Below are positions 42,674 through 54,955 of a stretch of DNA of 64,000 nt, piece by piece. The stretch lies in contig CM074519.1 of NCBI GenBank assembly GCA_037379345.1, positions 43,641,669 to 43,705,668 of the forward strand, read 5' to 3'. This stretch comes from Perna viridis (lineage: Eukaryota). Numbering within the stretch: position 1 is the first letter of the stretch; the number at the start of each line of letters is the position of its first letter. The translations under genes and the position numbers were made by a program. The notes under the pieces were generated by a model. That model searched no databases. It was given only the letters and a program-made list of their open reading frames with translations, and was not told the DNA's origin.

Positions 42674-45600
42674 TTATAATATTTGGACATCTTTATTCTT
42701 TGATAAAGTCAACAGCTTCAGTGATCGTAACACCTTTACAATAAAAGTAGATAATATGAAAAAACAATGAGAAACATTATATTTCTACAGTAGTATGTAC
42801 TTCTTAAACAAGTGAAAGTTTAGGAGAGTGTCCATGGCAACACCAGACAGTGAGTGGCACCCAACACCAGGCAGTGAGTGGCACCCAACACCAGACAGTG
42901 AGTGTCACCAAACACCAGGCAGTGAGTGGCACCCAACACCAGGCAGTGAGTGTCACCCAACACCAGACAGTGAGTGACACCCAACCCCAGGCAGTGAGTG
43001 GCACTTGACAAATGTTTTATTTCAATAGATTTTCATCCATTTCATATAACATCCATTCTCAAAGTTAAATGTTTGTTTTTGTTCACCTGCAATGGTTAAG
43101 AGAAACAGATTAAATAGAAAGCATTGAAATTCATTGAATAAAAGAACAGCGTTCTAATGTCTCCTGGGTAAAAAGATGTTTCAACCAAATTGCCTTCTTT
43201 ATCAGTGACAATGTAATGTTACAATAACAATGAACAAGGCTATATGATGTTTTGAAAACTTCTCATAGTAAGACTACATACATAAGATAAAATCAACTGG
43301 TAAGAGCATTACTAAAAAAGTGCAGAAAACTTTAAAATTTTCTAAGTCTAAGGGCCATAACTTCTGTAAAAATCATTCAACCATATCCGAAGTCAACAGA
43401 AACAAGGAAACTGTTTTACTTTGGATATATTCTTCCACTAATTGACTATCATAGTGCTATTTGGAGCAATTGTACAAAAGAAAATTTGCAACGTGTAATT
43501 AGACTACAAAAGAGGGCACCTAGGATTATACTTGATGCAGAATTCTGTGCCCTATATAACCCCCTCTTTAATTCTTTAGGTTGGCTAACTGCAGAGAACA
43601 GGATTATATATCTCAAGTGCCTATTGATTTTCATATGTTTAAATAGGTTAGCTCCATCTTATTTAGCTGATAAAATAAAATTTTGTTTCCAAAGTAAATC
43701 CATACCATTCTAGAAATGCCATAAACAATGCTCTTTTTATTCTTAAACCTAAGACAGAACTATTCAGACATAATTTTGTTTACTCTGGCCCACCTCATTG
43801 GAATACCCTCCCACATGAAATAAGAAGTGTAAAACGAATAAGTCTTTTCAAGCAGAAATTAAAAATCTTCGTCATGGACCAACAGGCCAAAGAATAATTC
43901 AACTGTATTTACATGTACTATAATGTAAAATGATAACTTTGTTGGCATGCATTTATGTATTATTTACTAGTACTCAATTTGTGGCATTGAAATTAACCTT
44001 GTACATGTATTTTTGTTTTGGTGTGAGGGATTCAGAGAAGATTAGTTGTAAACTAACTGTGTAACTGTCTTGAAATGAAGTATTATTATTATTACTATTA
44101 TTATATTATTAAATTACGTCAAACTTAATACGTAACTCATCATAACAAGGCTACATACCGTAAACAAACTGATTTGGTAGGAACATTACAAAAAAAAGTG
44201 TGGAAAACATGGACAGACAGACACCCGGCATTTCCATGTCCCCTCGAGACACGTCAAAGGGGACAAATTGGTAGATAATTTAATTTTTGTGCAAAATTTG
44301 GATGCCTGGTTAGGGAACTTTGAAATTGTTTTTTGAGCCATCCAATGTTGCTTTAAAAAAACTTTAAGACATACATATGCTATAAACATTACATTGAAAC
44401 AAAAAATTAAGTGGGATAAAATTTACCCTGTGCCAATCATATCCTTGGATCTGCCTGATTTTTACATGGACAGTCTCTTAATTTGATGATCGTAGAAATC
44501 ACTGCATTCAAAATCAGAACTTAAAAAGGGGTGAATCCCTGACAGGTAATTTAATAAGTCTCTATTTTCAGCTTTCACAAATATACATGTACAAACCTGT
44601 TTCCTTAATCCACAGCCTAAAAATCCACAAATCTTTGCAATTGTTTAAAGCAAGGCACATGAAGAAAAGTGCACTGAAAATGTTTTTTGGAGTGGTAAAC
44701 AATTTATACCTGATGAGACATACCTTAAGTTTGGCCTCACCAGTAGAACCAAACACTTTTAGACCCATCTTGTTCATATCACTAGAGGACAGTGGGTCCC
44801 TGAAATACAAAAATAATATGATATGTACATGACCAAAATATAGCAGCAGAGTATTGTGACCATGACATTGTATGTATATCCGTGACTATGTAACTAGACA
44901 TTGTATGTATGTCCGTGACTATGTAACTAGTAACACTGTTTCCTGTATTTGATGCTGTATGTTACTAACTTGAGGAAAGAGAGATGTTTTGAATTCAACA
45001 GTTGACAAAAATTACTGATATGAACTGAAGTATATGCTGTGTGTTTTGTATTTCTGGCCAGGTTGCACATGTGTATATGGACATTTTTCTCAGCAGCTAT
45101 AAATAACAGCCACTAGATGTTTCTATATTGTGGGATGCAATTTCTGGTCTGTTACACTTCTACTTCTTGTTTACCGACTCAATACAACCCAGCCAGTATC
45201 TTTGTCCCATTTGTGTAAACTTTGTAACATTTGTGTGATACATGTGAATAAATCATATTATTTTCCACAAAAATGATATTTAATTATAAATATGACCACT
45301 CAGAATTCTATGTTTACAAAAAGATGTTAACTAAGATTTATCAACCAATCAAATTATCCTCTTTACTTCACAGTATATATCTTTTTAGTACAAATATTTT
45401 GGCTATCCAAAAATGAAGCCCAAAGTTGTGGTACTTGAATAATAACAAAATCATTTTAAATCATGTTTATTTAAAAAACAAAAAAACACCCCAGACCTTC
45501 TGGTGTCTAAAATCCAATTTCCCCCTTGAATCTTTAGTACATTAAGGGAAATAAAAATATCGAAGTCAATAGGTACACCCAATTCATTGTTTTGTATAAG

Positions 45601-45977
45601 TCCCGCTGTAGAAATCCTAATTATTATCATCATACCATTTGTACCCACAACAGTAATATAAATTATGTAAATGAAGAATAGTTTAAACTTTACATTATAG
45701 AAGTAGATAATATGTCATGGATATTTACACAGACTTACTGATTTCCCTCTTCCTTGAAATGCCTCCACAAAATTCTGTAAACCTGTTAATACAAAATATC
45801 AGCATATTATATTTAAAGAAGACTCCTACACTAAGGCCACACTTAAATTAATGTTTTTTTCTCGTAACTAACCCTAGCTCCTGGCTTTGGTTAGATAGGC
45901 AAGGAAAGTATTTATTTTCCCTGAAGTTCATCTGATTCTGTAAAAACCACGAACAAAGAGGTAAAAATGTGATTTGA

Positions 45978-46008
<31 letters not shown>

Positions 46009-49000
46009 CTTGTCAGGGAATGGGAGTTATTTTATTGGATAGGGCCTATTTTTATGGGTAGGCAGAGTAAGGGAAAACAAACTAAATTTTAATTTTGGCC
46101 TAATAAGAACACAGGGCAAGTTGAAATTAGCTTTGTAGGGTTCAAAAACACATGTACATTTTTAGTAGATACTAAACAACAGAGGATAAATTGTTTTTTT
46201 TAAAATGTTAAGATATCCATTAATAACATTTAGTAGGCATCTGCTTAGCGTGACAGATGGCCAGAGTCAAAATTTTATTTCTTAAAATTGGATACAGAGC
46301 AGTCAAGGTATTATAAAGAAGTTTATACCATATTGACTTCAATGAGTTTGACCCTGCCTTTGATTAATGATGATACAGTATCAAACTCAGCCTGAGTAAC
46401 TTCTATAAACTCTGTAGATTCAGCTCGTCTTTCTGCTGGGGACAGTGAGGGCTCTACACCTGTAAGAATATGCCTGATTTAGACCTGTGTTTGGTTGTTA
46501 ATAACAAGAAATACTGATGCCAGCCAATTCCAGTCATTATTACAATACAACCTAAGGCTTTTTTACAATTTTCTTTGTAAGAAAAATAAAAGTTTTGCAT
46601 TAAATAATTAAAAGTCAATATTATTCCTTAGACAAAGTGTTGGTTTAGACCAATGTTTCTTCTGTAAAAAACCTCAGAATATACTCGTGTGGGCAGATTA
46701 AACAACAAGTAATTTATTTGGATAGGCCTCAAGACATATCCTTTTAAATCAGACAGAATAGTTTAAATGCTAGTATTCTACTTAGGTAAAGAAAAACCTG
46801 TTTTCATGTATGTGTATAAACAGAAACTTATACAGTATTTTCCTGAAACATCTGTCTGGTTGTAAGCATGTAATAATTTACACAGGAACACATTTGTAAA
46901 TTTGAAACAGAGAGCTACATATAATTACAGGGTGCAGTAGCCCCTTCTTCTGATGCTGTAGAATCTATTGTGTAAGTATGCTCTTCATCATCTTCTTCTG
47001 TATTATTCTTATTTTGGTCACTAGCTGTATCAGCTCGCTGTTCTTCAGTAGAATTGGTTGGTAACTTGATTCCTAAAATTTCTTCTATTTTGTCTAACTC
47101 CTGAGGCCTTCCATTGTCCTAGGACATAACATTATTATCATCAACTAAATGTCTTGTTTAATGACAAGAAAATACAATGTAGTAAACATGGGACACTAGC
47201 ATTGTTTATACAGGTAATGTCTATTCCAATTTGTGTTTGGAAGAATTATATTTGCAAATATATTTAGGGTTGTAAAAATAGACAATTCTGATATAATAAT
47301 AATGTTAATATCGTGTACAATTTTTTGTTTTTTGATTTGGCAAGTTTTATGAATTAGAAGAATTGCTTTTATTTAACCCCTGTGTATTAAAATAATTAGT
47401 TAGATCTACTTGTTGTTTTTAAATAATTCACATTGTATCTCTCAAGAAAAGTCCTTAATCTATTTTTTTATGGAGTTGTCCTTAAAGCTATTCCAGGAAA
47501 AAGTGTATGGGAGGGTTGGACAACACATTTTATATCCCACCACTCATAGAATTAAAATAAAATGTTCACAGCAATGTATATATTATGTATGCTTTGGTAT
47601 ACCCCCATCCATACAATTTTTCAAAAGTGATGTCCAACCCCTGTTTACATTTTTCCAGGAATAGCCCTGAACTTATCACTTAATACTGTGAGTAAATTTT
47701 ATGTAACTCATGTTTAAATCACATGGTAATAAAACTAGTTCATCTTATGCTTTATAAAGCAGAATACCAACTGTTGATTTTAACCAGATATTTTTAGATT
47801 TAGCTACCTCCCTTGTGACCCAAAATAATTAATCAATCAAATTGAACTTTGTTCATTTATCAGTCACAAATATAATCCTTATCTATTGATTAGCTCTGTT
47901 CAGTCAAAAACTTGTTGATCAAACTAAAAAAATTTAGGGAGTTTGGTTAATACCAATCATCACCTGCCAGGCAAACAAAAGACGTTCAGTCAATCTGGAG
48001 TAGGTATCAGACAGGCCGGCAGAATGGGTCAGGGAAGTGAATTCAAATTGAAAGTAGTGTTAAGATTTGTTTAAAATCAAAATATGCAATTCAAAAACAA
48101 ACAAAAAATGAAAAAAGAATTATTTACAGTATCTAAATCTGGTATAATGAATTATTAAAAAAAATGGACAACTGTTTACCTATCCTATTATGCCCCTTTC
48201 AGCTATCTTCCCATTTTTTTCAATGATTTTTACAAATGTAAGAAAAATATATAAGTGTGATACTCAGATGTAGGCTAATATTTAACTCGTATTAAGGAGG
48301 TAGACCTAGGGTAAGGGACACAACTCTTAGAAATCATTGGAACATTTGTGTTCAGCATATGAATTTAATCTCATGTAAACATTGAAGTAACTTGGACTGA
48401 TTTCATTCTGTTTCAAAGGAAAGCTTAAAAGGTTTTGGTGAAATTGAATATGATACAAACATATCACTGATTTCAAGACTTTACTCTAGGTCTACCTTCT
48501 TAATTCAATATCTCCATACTCACTGGTTGACCAGTTTGATGCTGTAGACTCTCTAACAGTTTACATACAGTCGTTATCTGACTTCGGAAATAATCAGCAG
48601 CTTCCTGTAAATAACAATTAAATATGGCAAAAAAGAAATAAATGTCTGTTTATGGTTACATTGGGTTAAAAAAAATAGGGTACTTTACATGTAGGAAGGT
48701 ATAAAGTAAAGAAAAAATTATTTTATAGAATTATTTTACATAGATACCGGTTTTCTTGAATTTAATACGGTTCAGCCAAAAATAATTTGGCATTTAATTA
48801 AAAAATACCAATAAAATGTGCTAGGGTAGGCAAAAAAAATAAGGTAGGTAAGGTAACCTTAAACAGACATTTTTTTCTATGACCTAAATACAGAATATAT
48901 ACAGATACACTTAAAGATATGTTGTATCTGTGACTGTGAAGTGATACAAGACTTCCAGACTAAGTTCAACTGATAGAATTTTTTTACTGAGATAAAAAAA

Positions 49001-52000
49001 AGATTTCAACTTGTGCACACATATAACACTGACATAATTTACAATAAATAGGTCACTGGAACACATTGTCTTCATAATAGTCATTTTTTTTTTCAAATTA
49101 TAATCACAACATCAACAGACACTTCATCATATATTCCTGCCTTCTTGAAATCTCAAGTTGAAAATTGTGTCAAATCCTGAGTTTTTCCATTCAATTTCAA
49201 GTGATCTGCCTGAAGAAAATTTGAGTTGAGGAGAGATTTGAAAAAAATATCAATTTGAGATTATTTTTTTTTGTATAACCAGGCACTGACTGAACCTACA
49301 AATGTTATTGACCTCAGTCTCTTCTACATCCTATTTTCATTTATTCAATAACAAATTCTACTTTGTCAATATTATTACTTTTTGCACTTTTTGAATATTG
49401 GCAGCTTCTTGAACCAAGGCTCCATATTCTTTCTTTATGTCCTGAATTTTCTGTAACATCTTAGCTGGATTAACCTGGAAAATAAAATAAAAGCAGTGAC
49501 AACGTGATCTTACATGATGTTAACCACCAAACCATAACTTAACAATGTAGGATCTACCAACAGTCCATTCTACTTTCTGTTCAGATGACCTTTCTGATTT
49601 CATCTTTCATGATTTTAAAAGCACTATTCAAAGGTAAAAACCTGAGGATTCTGAAAAAGTCATCTGAACAGAAAGTAGAATGAAGTGTTGTTTGATGCTA
49701 TATGCAGTGAATGAAAGAAACAACTGATACATTTGTAGGTCTAATTTTAATTATCTTGACAACTTAAACAAGATTTTTCCTCTTGATCAGTGCTTTTCAG
49801 TAGTAAGAAGTTTTTCTGTCAGCCACAAACTGTGTAACTCAATATTGATTTTGTATACAATGTTATTATAAAATGACACCAAACACCTATATACTGGTAA
49901 CTTTAAAACTTTCCACAAATAATTTAATATTGATCTGTTTTATCAGCAATATTACATTCTGACCTATGAACATTGCTAAGATGGCCACATGATGAATACA
50001 AATTTATCTCTCTATAAGTTGTTTAAGAAAGATGAAACCAATGTTTATTCAAGTATCATTATGGTAAGAATTTCATTTCTTCCTGGTCTTCCTCACTTCA
50101 TCTACCCTTGTGGTAAGGAGAAGTCACTTATCCTACTCTTGCTGGTAAGGAGACATCACTTCTCCCATTCTTGCTGGCAAGAAGATGCCACTTCTTCCGA
50201 TCATTTTGAAGTGAAGGGAGCCCTGTTTTTGTTTGTAGTTAACTCTTTGTATGGTAATGTTAAATGTTGTATGTTACCTTATTTTCTTCATTGTCTTTGT
50301 CAAATTCAAATTCAATTTTACGTGACAAGTAGTTCAGATCTGACTCAGCTTGCTGGAACTGAAATTTATAGGTTCTAAGTTAATGAGACATACATGTACA
50401 TGTATACTGTTCCCTCTATATTGCAGGTCCTATTGTATCACAGTACTAATAGAACAAGATTGAAGAAAATGGAAAGACAAAAATCTAGGGGTCAAGTGTA
50501 ACCTTTGAAACCACAAATTTTCCCAAGGACAAGAAAAATAGGGACAAAGTCAAACTCAAAATTTTTTGGGATTTACAGGCATTTTTATTTTTTTCTATGA
50601 TCATGTTCAGAAAAATTGTCAAATTGAATGAAGTTGAAAGTAGAATTAAAAAGTTATCCTCATCCACTGAAAAGTTGTTGAAATTTGCATTGCGAAAAAT
50701 GTAGAGAATTTTCTTTCAACACAGCGATTACAATGTCAACATTTTTTAAGCACATAAATTTTCTACACCTTTTGGTAAACAATTACTGAGTGTTAAGATA
50801 CTGCATCAAAAAAAAATAATATTAATGCAACGAATGATTAGATGTTGCACTAACTTCAGATAGAACAGAAATGCACTTTCTAGATGCATGATTGTCTCAG
50901 TCTAGAAAACTATTAACTACACTGTACCATGATATAGTAAGATCTCAGTGTACATGTATACATTTTACATATTTTTTAGTGGTGAAAAAATTTCTTAAAA
51001 TTCAATCCATGTGTACAACATGTTTAACATTAAACAACATTATATCTTTTAGCCAGTACTCAGTCCAGAGAGATTGTAGTTCTCTGGAAAGTGGAGGAAT
51101 TTACACAACAGCAACATTGTGATACATTATCAAAGAAGTCAACATTTGAGTACAAAAATCTCAAGCAATGAATTTTCTAGCGCTCATCATTTTCGCCAAT
51201 GACGAAAGACTTTTCAGAATGATGAATGATTTCACCATTTGAAATCTTTGAAAGTACAAAAAAACACTGAGAGCTACAAGTCCAACATTCGTTTAAATGG
51301 CAAAAGTGACAATTTTATTACCCCAACCTAATTACAACTCTCAACAGGTGTCAAAATTTTGTGTAAACAATAACCTAATTCACCAATTGCACTAATCAGG
51401 CATGTGGAGTAAATGTTGATCTCTTGACCACTAAATTGTGAAAGTTCAAATGCCAATAACAATTGCTGCTGAGAAAATTCCTTTACTTCTTTAAATTTGT
51501 ATCAAAAATGACATAAAAAGTTATTTATCAGTTATTTACACCAAACTAGAGTGTAAACCAAATGTGGATAATTTTGTCACTACCCCGGTGTCACTACATT
51601 TTGTAGTTGCATGTCAGCAGTACATTTGTATTTACAATCCTGAAACTATCATTTATGCTATCAATGAATTCCTGAAGGACCAATACTACATTTGTAAGTA
51701 TAACTGAATAATAATGACATAAATTTGTCATTAACTTGGTCCATTAGTCTGTATAATTGAAAATTGTACTAAAAACAGAATCTCATGAGGCAACAATAGG
51801 GAAATACCTATTTGAAAATATTTATATCTGTCCAATGTAGCACTGGTGCACGCTAAGGCAGTTCTATATCTACACTGTGCTAGATGTATTTTTGTGTTTC
51901 TACGAAGGGTGGCAATGCAGAAACAGCATTTTTTTTCTTATGAAATACATTTATAATTACGCCAGGGACATATATGTATGTCCCTGATAAATGTGTAAGA

Positions 52001-52730
52001 GTGTAAAGGGATTTCTATTTTTGATGATTCTAAAAAAGCTGGGGAATTTCTTTTTTTAATAAAATCTTAGACATGCTATTTGGATTCTCTGGAAAACATG
52101 CTTGCATGACAGTGAAAAAAAATATGTGCTTTATTCATATGCAATATACATGTACATGTACATTTAAGTTTCATTTCATGTTTTACACACTGCTGTAAAT
52201 AACAGATGATTCTGAAATATCAACAACAGATGCAAATACTACTGTACTTTAATAAAAACTATACCTTAAAATGGTCCTCATTATCTCACAAGTGACTAAA
52301 GCTTTCAAAATCCTGGAAAAACCCTGTCAAAGCTGAGTCAACAAGCCTAAATCTTATTCACATGAGGAGAGTCAAACCAGTGATACTAACCAAGTGGCAA
52401 GTAGGTCAGATCATACTACATGTACTTCAGATACTGACAGTTTGGACCAGGGATTTTCTCTTTGTAAAAGCTAACACTAGCAGGAATACCCCAACTTTCA
52501 CTGTAGAAAGGAGCACCTCCCTGTAGCAGAGTATACCAACAAGGCTACATATGTATGTTACAATGTATAACTATAAACCCTTGAACTGCCTGAGGGTTTT
52601 TTAACGACCTTCTATTAATTTACAAAAAGAAGAAGAAGAACTGTACAAAAAGAGGACTAATTTGTAAGTTATAATTTGTATGAACATGAAAATATACCAT
52701 AGATTCCAGAATCTGAGCATTCTTCTCCAT
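42674..52730 (-). CDS. SKA2: Spindle and kinetochore-associated protein 2, long form with SKA1-like C-terminal domain, 9 exons, ~263 aa
   Basis: Exons: 52730-52698, 50358-50278, 49474-49379, 48604-48524, 47118-46929, 46459-46329, 45782-45739, 44799-44724, 42733-42674 (792 nt, phases consistent). The N-terminus MEKNAQILESM|FQQAESDLNYLSRKIEFEF..|VNPAKMLQKIQDIKKEY matches SKA2 (MFQKAESDLDYI..NPV.LL..L..IK..Y). The gene is mostly missed by the ORF track because its exons are short. Confidence 0.87.
42838..43004. repeat. Minisatellite, ~7 x 24 bp (caacaccagRcagtgagtgKcacc)
   Basis: Directly visible tandem array in the last SKA2 intron. Confidence 0.92.
43410..44110 (+). mobile_element. 5'-truncated, decayed LINE (CR1/L2-like) ORF2 3' end with (TAT)n tail
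   Basis: YILPLIDYHSAIWSNCTKENLQRVIRLQKRAPRIIL..PLFNSLGWL..APSYL is typical of the post-RT C-terminus. Later YSGP..WNTLP..IRS, then a tat-repeat tail at 44081-44110. Confidence 0.8.
47487..47665. mobile_element. MITE-like element
   Basis: gctattccaggaaaaagtgta..gggttggac / gtccaaccc..tacatttttccaggaatagc. Confidence 0.6.
48292..48503. mobile_element. MITE with TTAA flanks (Kolobok-like termini)
   Basis: ttaa-ggaggtagacctagggtaa ... ttactctaggtctaccttc-ttaa. A TTAA target with RR..YY ends fits the Kolobok pattern. Confidence 0.6.
49566..49682. repeat. Palindromic/foldback element
   Basis: cattctactttctgttcagatgac / gtcatctgaacagaaagtagaatg form a perfect 24-bp inverted repeat. Confidence 0.75.
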
Positions 52731-52835
52731 TTCTATTTACTTCCGGTTAAAGCAAAGTATATTTCAATTGGTCAAATTTTCCGAGTTCAGCCCTTACGAA
52801 TCATCTGATTGGTCAATGTCAAGGAAGGGCGGTAA
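52731..52835. promoter_or_regulatory. SKA2 proximal promoter (ETS site, two CCAAT boxes, GC box)
   Basis: acttccgg at 52739-52746; attggtcaa at 52767 and 52808; gggcgg at 52827-52832. Tandem NF-Y boxes are typical of G2/M gene promoters. Confidence 0.7.
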
Positions 52836-53005
52836 TTATGAGCTGAAGAATATAAAGATTCTCTGATCTCGTGATCTATGAAGCAACTTAATTCCTACAT
52901 ATATCTGCACCATTCCATTTCATTAACACTTTCGCCACAGTGCCTATTATACAGTATGTATAGGTCCATCAACATTTGAATTTAGATATTCCAAAGCCCT
53001 CTAAA

Positions 53006-53500
53006 GCAACCGCTATCACAATACCAGCAATGTTACTGACATTTTGCAATCACTACACTGGCCTAAACTTCAAGTTCAACAATGCAGATTAAAGACTCAG
53101 ATATTATGTTTTATAAAGTCACACATCAGTTAGTAGCAGTTCCAATCACAGTATTATTACCTTTAGACCCTAGAGACACATTTTTGCGTCAAAAGATTGT
53201 TTCAAATACTCATTTTTCCCTAGAACCATACCACAATGGAATTTACTACCTGTAAACATCACACAGCATAATTCAATAGAAACTTTTAAAGAACAGCTTA
53301 CTCTAGCTGTCCTTTTCCACAATAGAATTTTAAATTAAATCCAATTAAAATATAAATATTTTTTATCCTATGGTTTTTGTCTGTTTTTTTCATCACTATT
53401 TTGGGCATTTGATTGTATAAATGTTTTGGTTTTACTGCACATGCGCAGCAGTTAGTAATCATCAAATATGTGATGGATAACTGGATACCTGAAAAAGAAG
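53006..53500 (+). mobile_element. Decayed LINE 3' fragment
   Basis: SNRYHNTSNVTDILQSLHWP.L..., MFYKVTHQLVAVP and DCFKYSFFPRTIPQWNLLP are hallmark ORF2 C-terminal motifs; frameshifted. Confidence 0.8.
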
Positions 53501-54264
53501 ATATAGAGGAAACTCTTTCACTGTACCAGTGTATAATGATGTTTTAGGGCCAGCTGCAGCCTGTCCTGTGGTATGAGGATTCCCTCTTCGATCATTAAAG
53601 ACTAATGGATGGCCTTGTGCTGACATTTTCATCCTGGTGGGGTTGTTGTCTCTTTTTGACATATACACCATACCTGTTCTGGTTAAATACAATACTCAGT
53701 AACAAAATTATATGTAGATATGATGAATTTTATCTTTTGTATTGAAGATTTTGTTGCCAGCCTGTGTCCCTATAGAGGTCAACTGCTTTGTGATGACTAG
53801 TGAAGATGATAGCAAGAGGTACATGTGTATGCATATATATATATCTAGTTCAGTTTTGTAATTCTGGTTAAAATTTGTCATTTTCATTGGTATTTCGGAA
53901 ATTGTCAGCAGGTTTTTCTTCTGATTGGAATGGGACATTTTAACTTTAAATGAGATACATATAGATGATGCATAACCCTTATGTTAACAACAAAGTTCTA
54001 ACATTACAGTCTGTTCATTGTTTGCCAGGCTTGTGAATATGTCGGAGGGAGAGAGTAACCTTTCAAAGGTTTTTTAATCAGAAATATCCAATACAAGTGG
54101 CAGATAGAACTTCTTCATTTAGGGTTTGATTAATACTGATAAATATTTGTAAAAAAGATTAACATTTTAGGGTCAAACAAACCCAATATAACTGTTAAGT
54201 AGTAATACTTGTAGATTATTACCTGGCATAACCCATATTCTAGTAGATTATGGTATTTTTTATA

Positions 54265-54396
54265 TCAGCCATGGGTGACCTTGCAGTCAGTTGTGGTTTT
54301 CCTTCTTGTGTTAGGGTTTTTCATGTTATTGACAAATGTATAAGTGTCATCATCATTGATTTCTCTGAAGCGCTGGACATCCTCCACTTCAGTCAT
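54265..54396 (-). mobile_element. Remnant resembling the N-terminus of a Crypton/DUF3504-type tyrosine-recombinase element protein
   Basis: RFREINDDDTYTFVNNMKNPNTRRKTTTD resembles the RF..l.eee...fi....s.NT.rkT..d motif of this family as I recall it. It is truncated. Confidence 0.45.
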
Positions 54397-54955
54397 ATTT
54401 TGGGTTGCAAACAACTGAAAGTGCACCATAACTGAGGTCCAATACTGGTAGGGAAATTGCATGTGAGGACACGATACTAGTGTCCTATGGATTTTCTACA
54501 GTAAATCCATATTCGGCACTCATAAAATCCATATCAGACTGGAGGGTATGATATGGCATATACAGTCATGGTCATATCAAGCATACTAAAATGTACATAT
54601 CACTTTTAAAGATATGATAACATTGTTTATATAATTATGTATTATGTCTCTGGGATATATCTGTTGTTCTGTCATACTGACATCACCGAAAGAAGAACAA
54701 TGCACACTGCAAACTTCCCTTAATACTTATGTAAATATAGTGTAAATAGATCAGTAAAAACAACAGTCCTTGTTACACGTAACATTTATACAGAGCTTTG
54801 TCAGAGCAGTAACATATATACATTTCACAATGTACAGACAACACATGTGACATTAACATTATTCAATTAAAATTTTTAATTTCAGATTTCCAAAGAAGAT
54901 AGAAGCAATTTTACTGAATGACTGTTTTGGACAAGATGGTGTTACGGATGATATT

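Noticed and set aside
42804-43011. Trp/Cys-rich repeat ORFs
   Set aside because: They are translations of the 24-bp minisatellite.
50090-50200. Three degenerate ~32-bp repeats / ORF 49989-50378
   Set aside because: Intronic, degenerate and antisense to SKA2 exon 2; no coding support.
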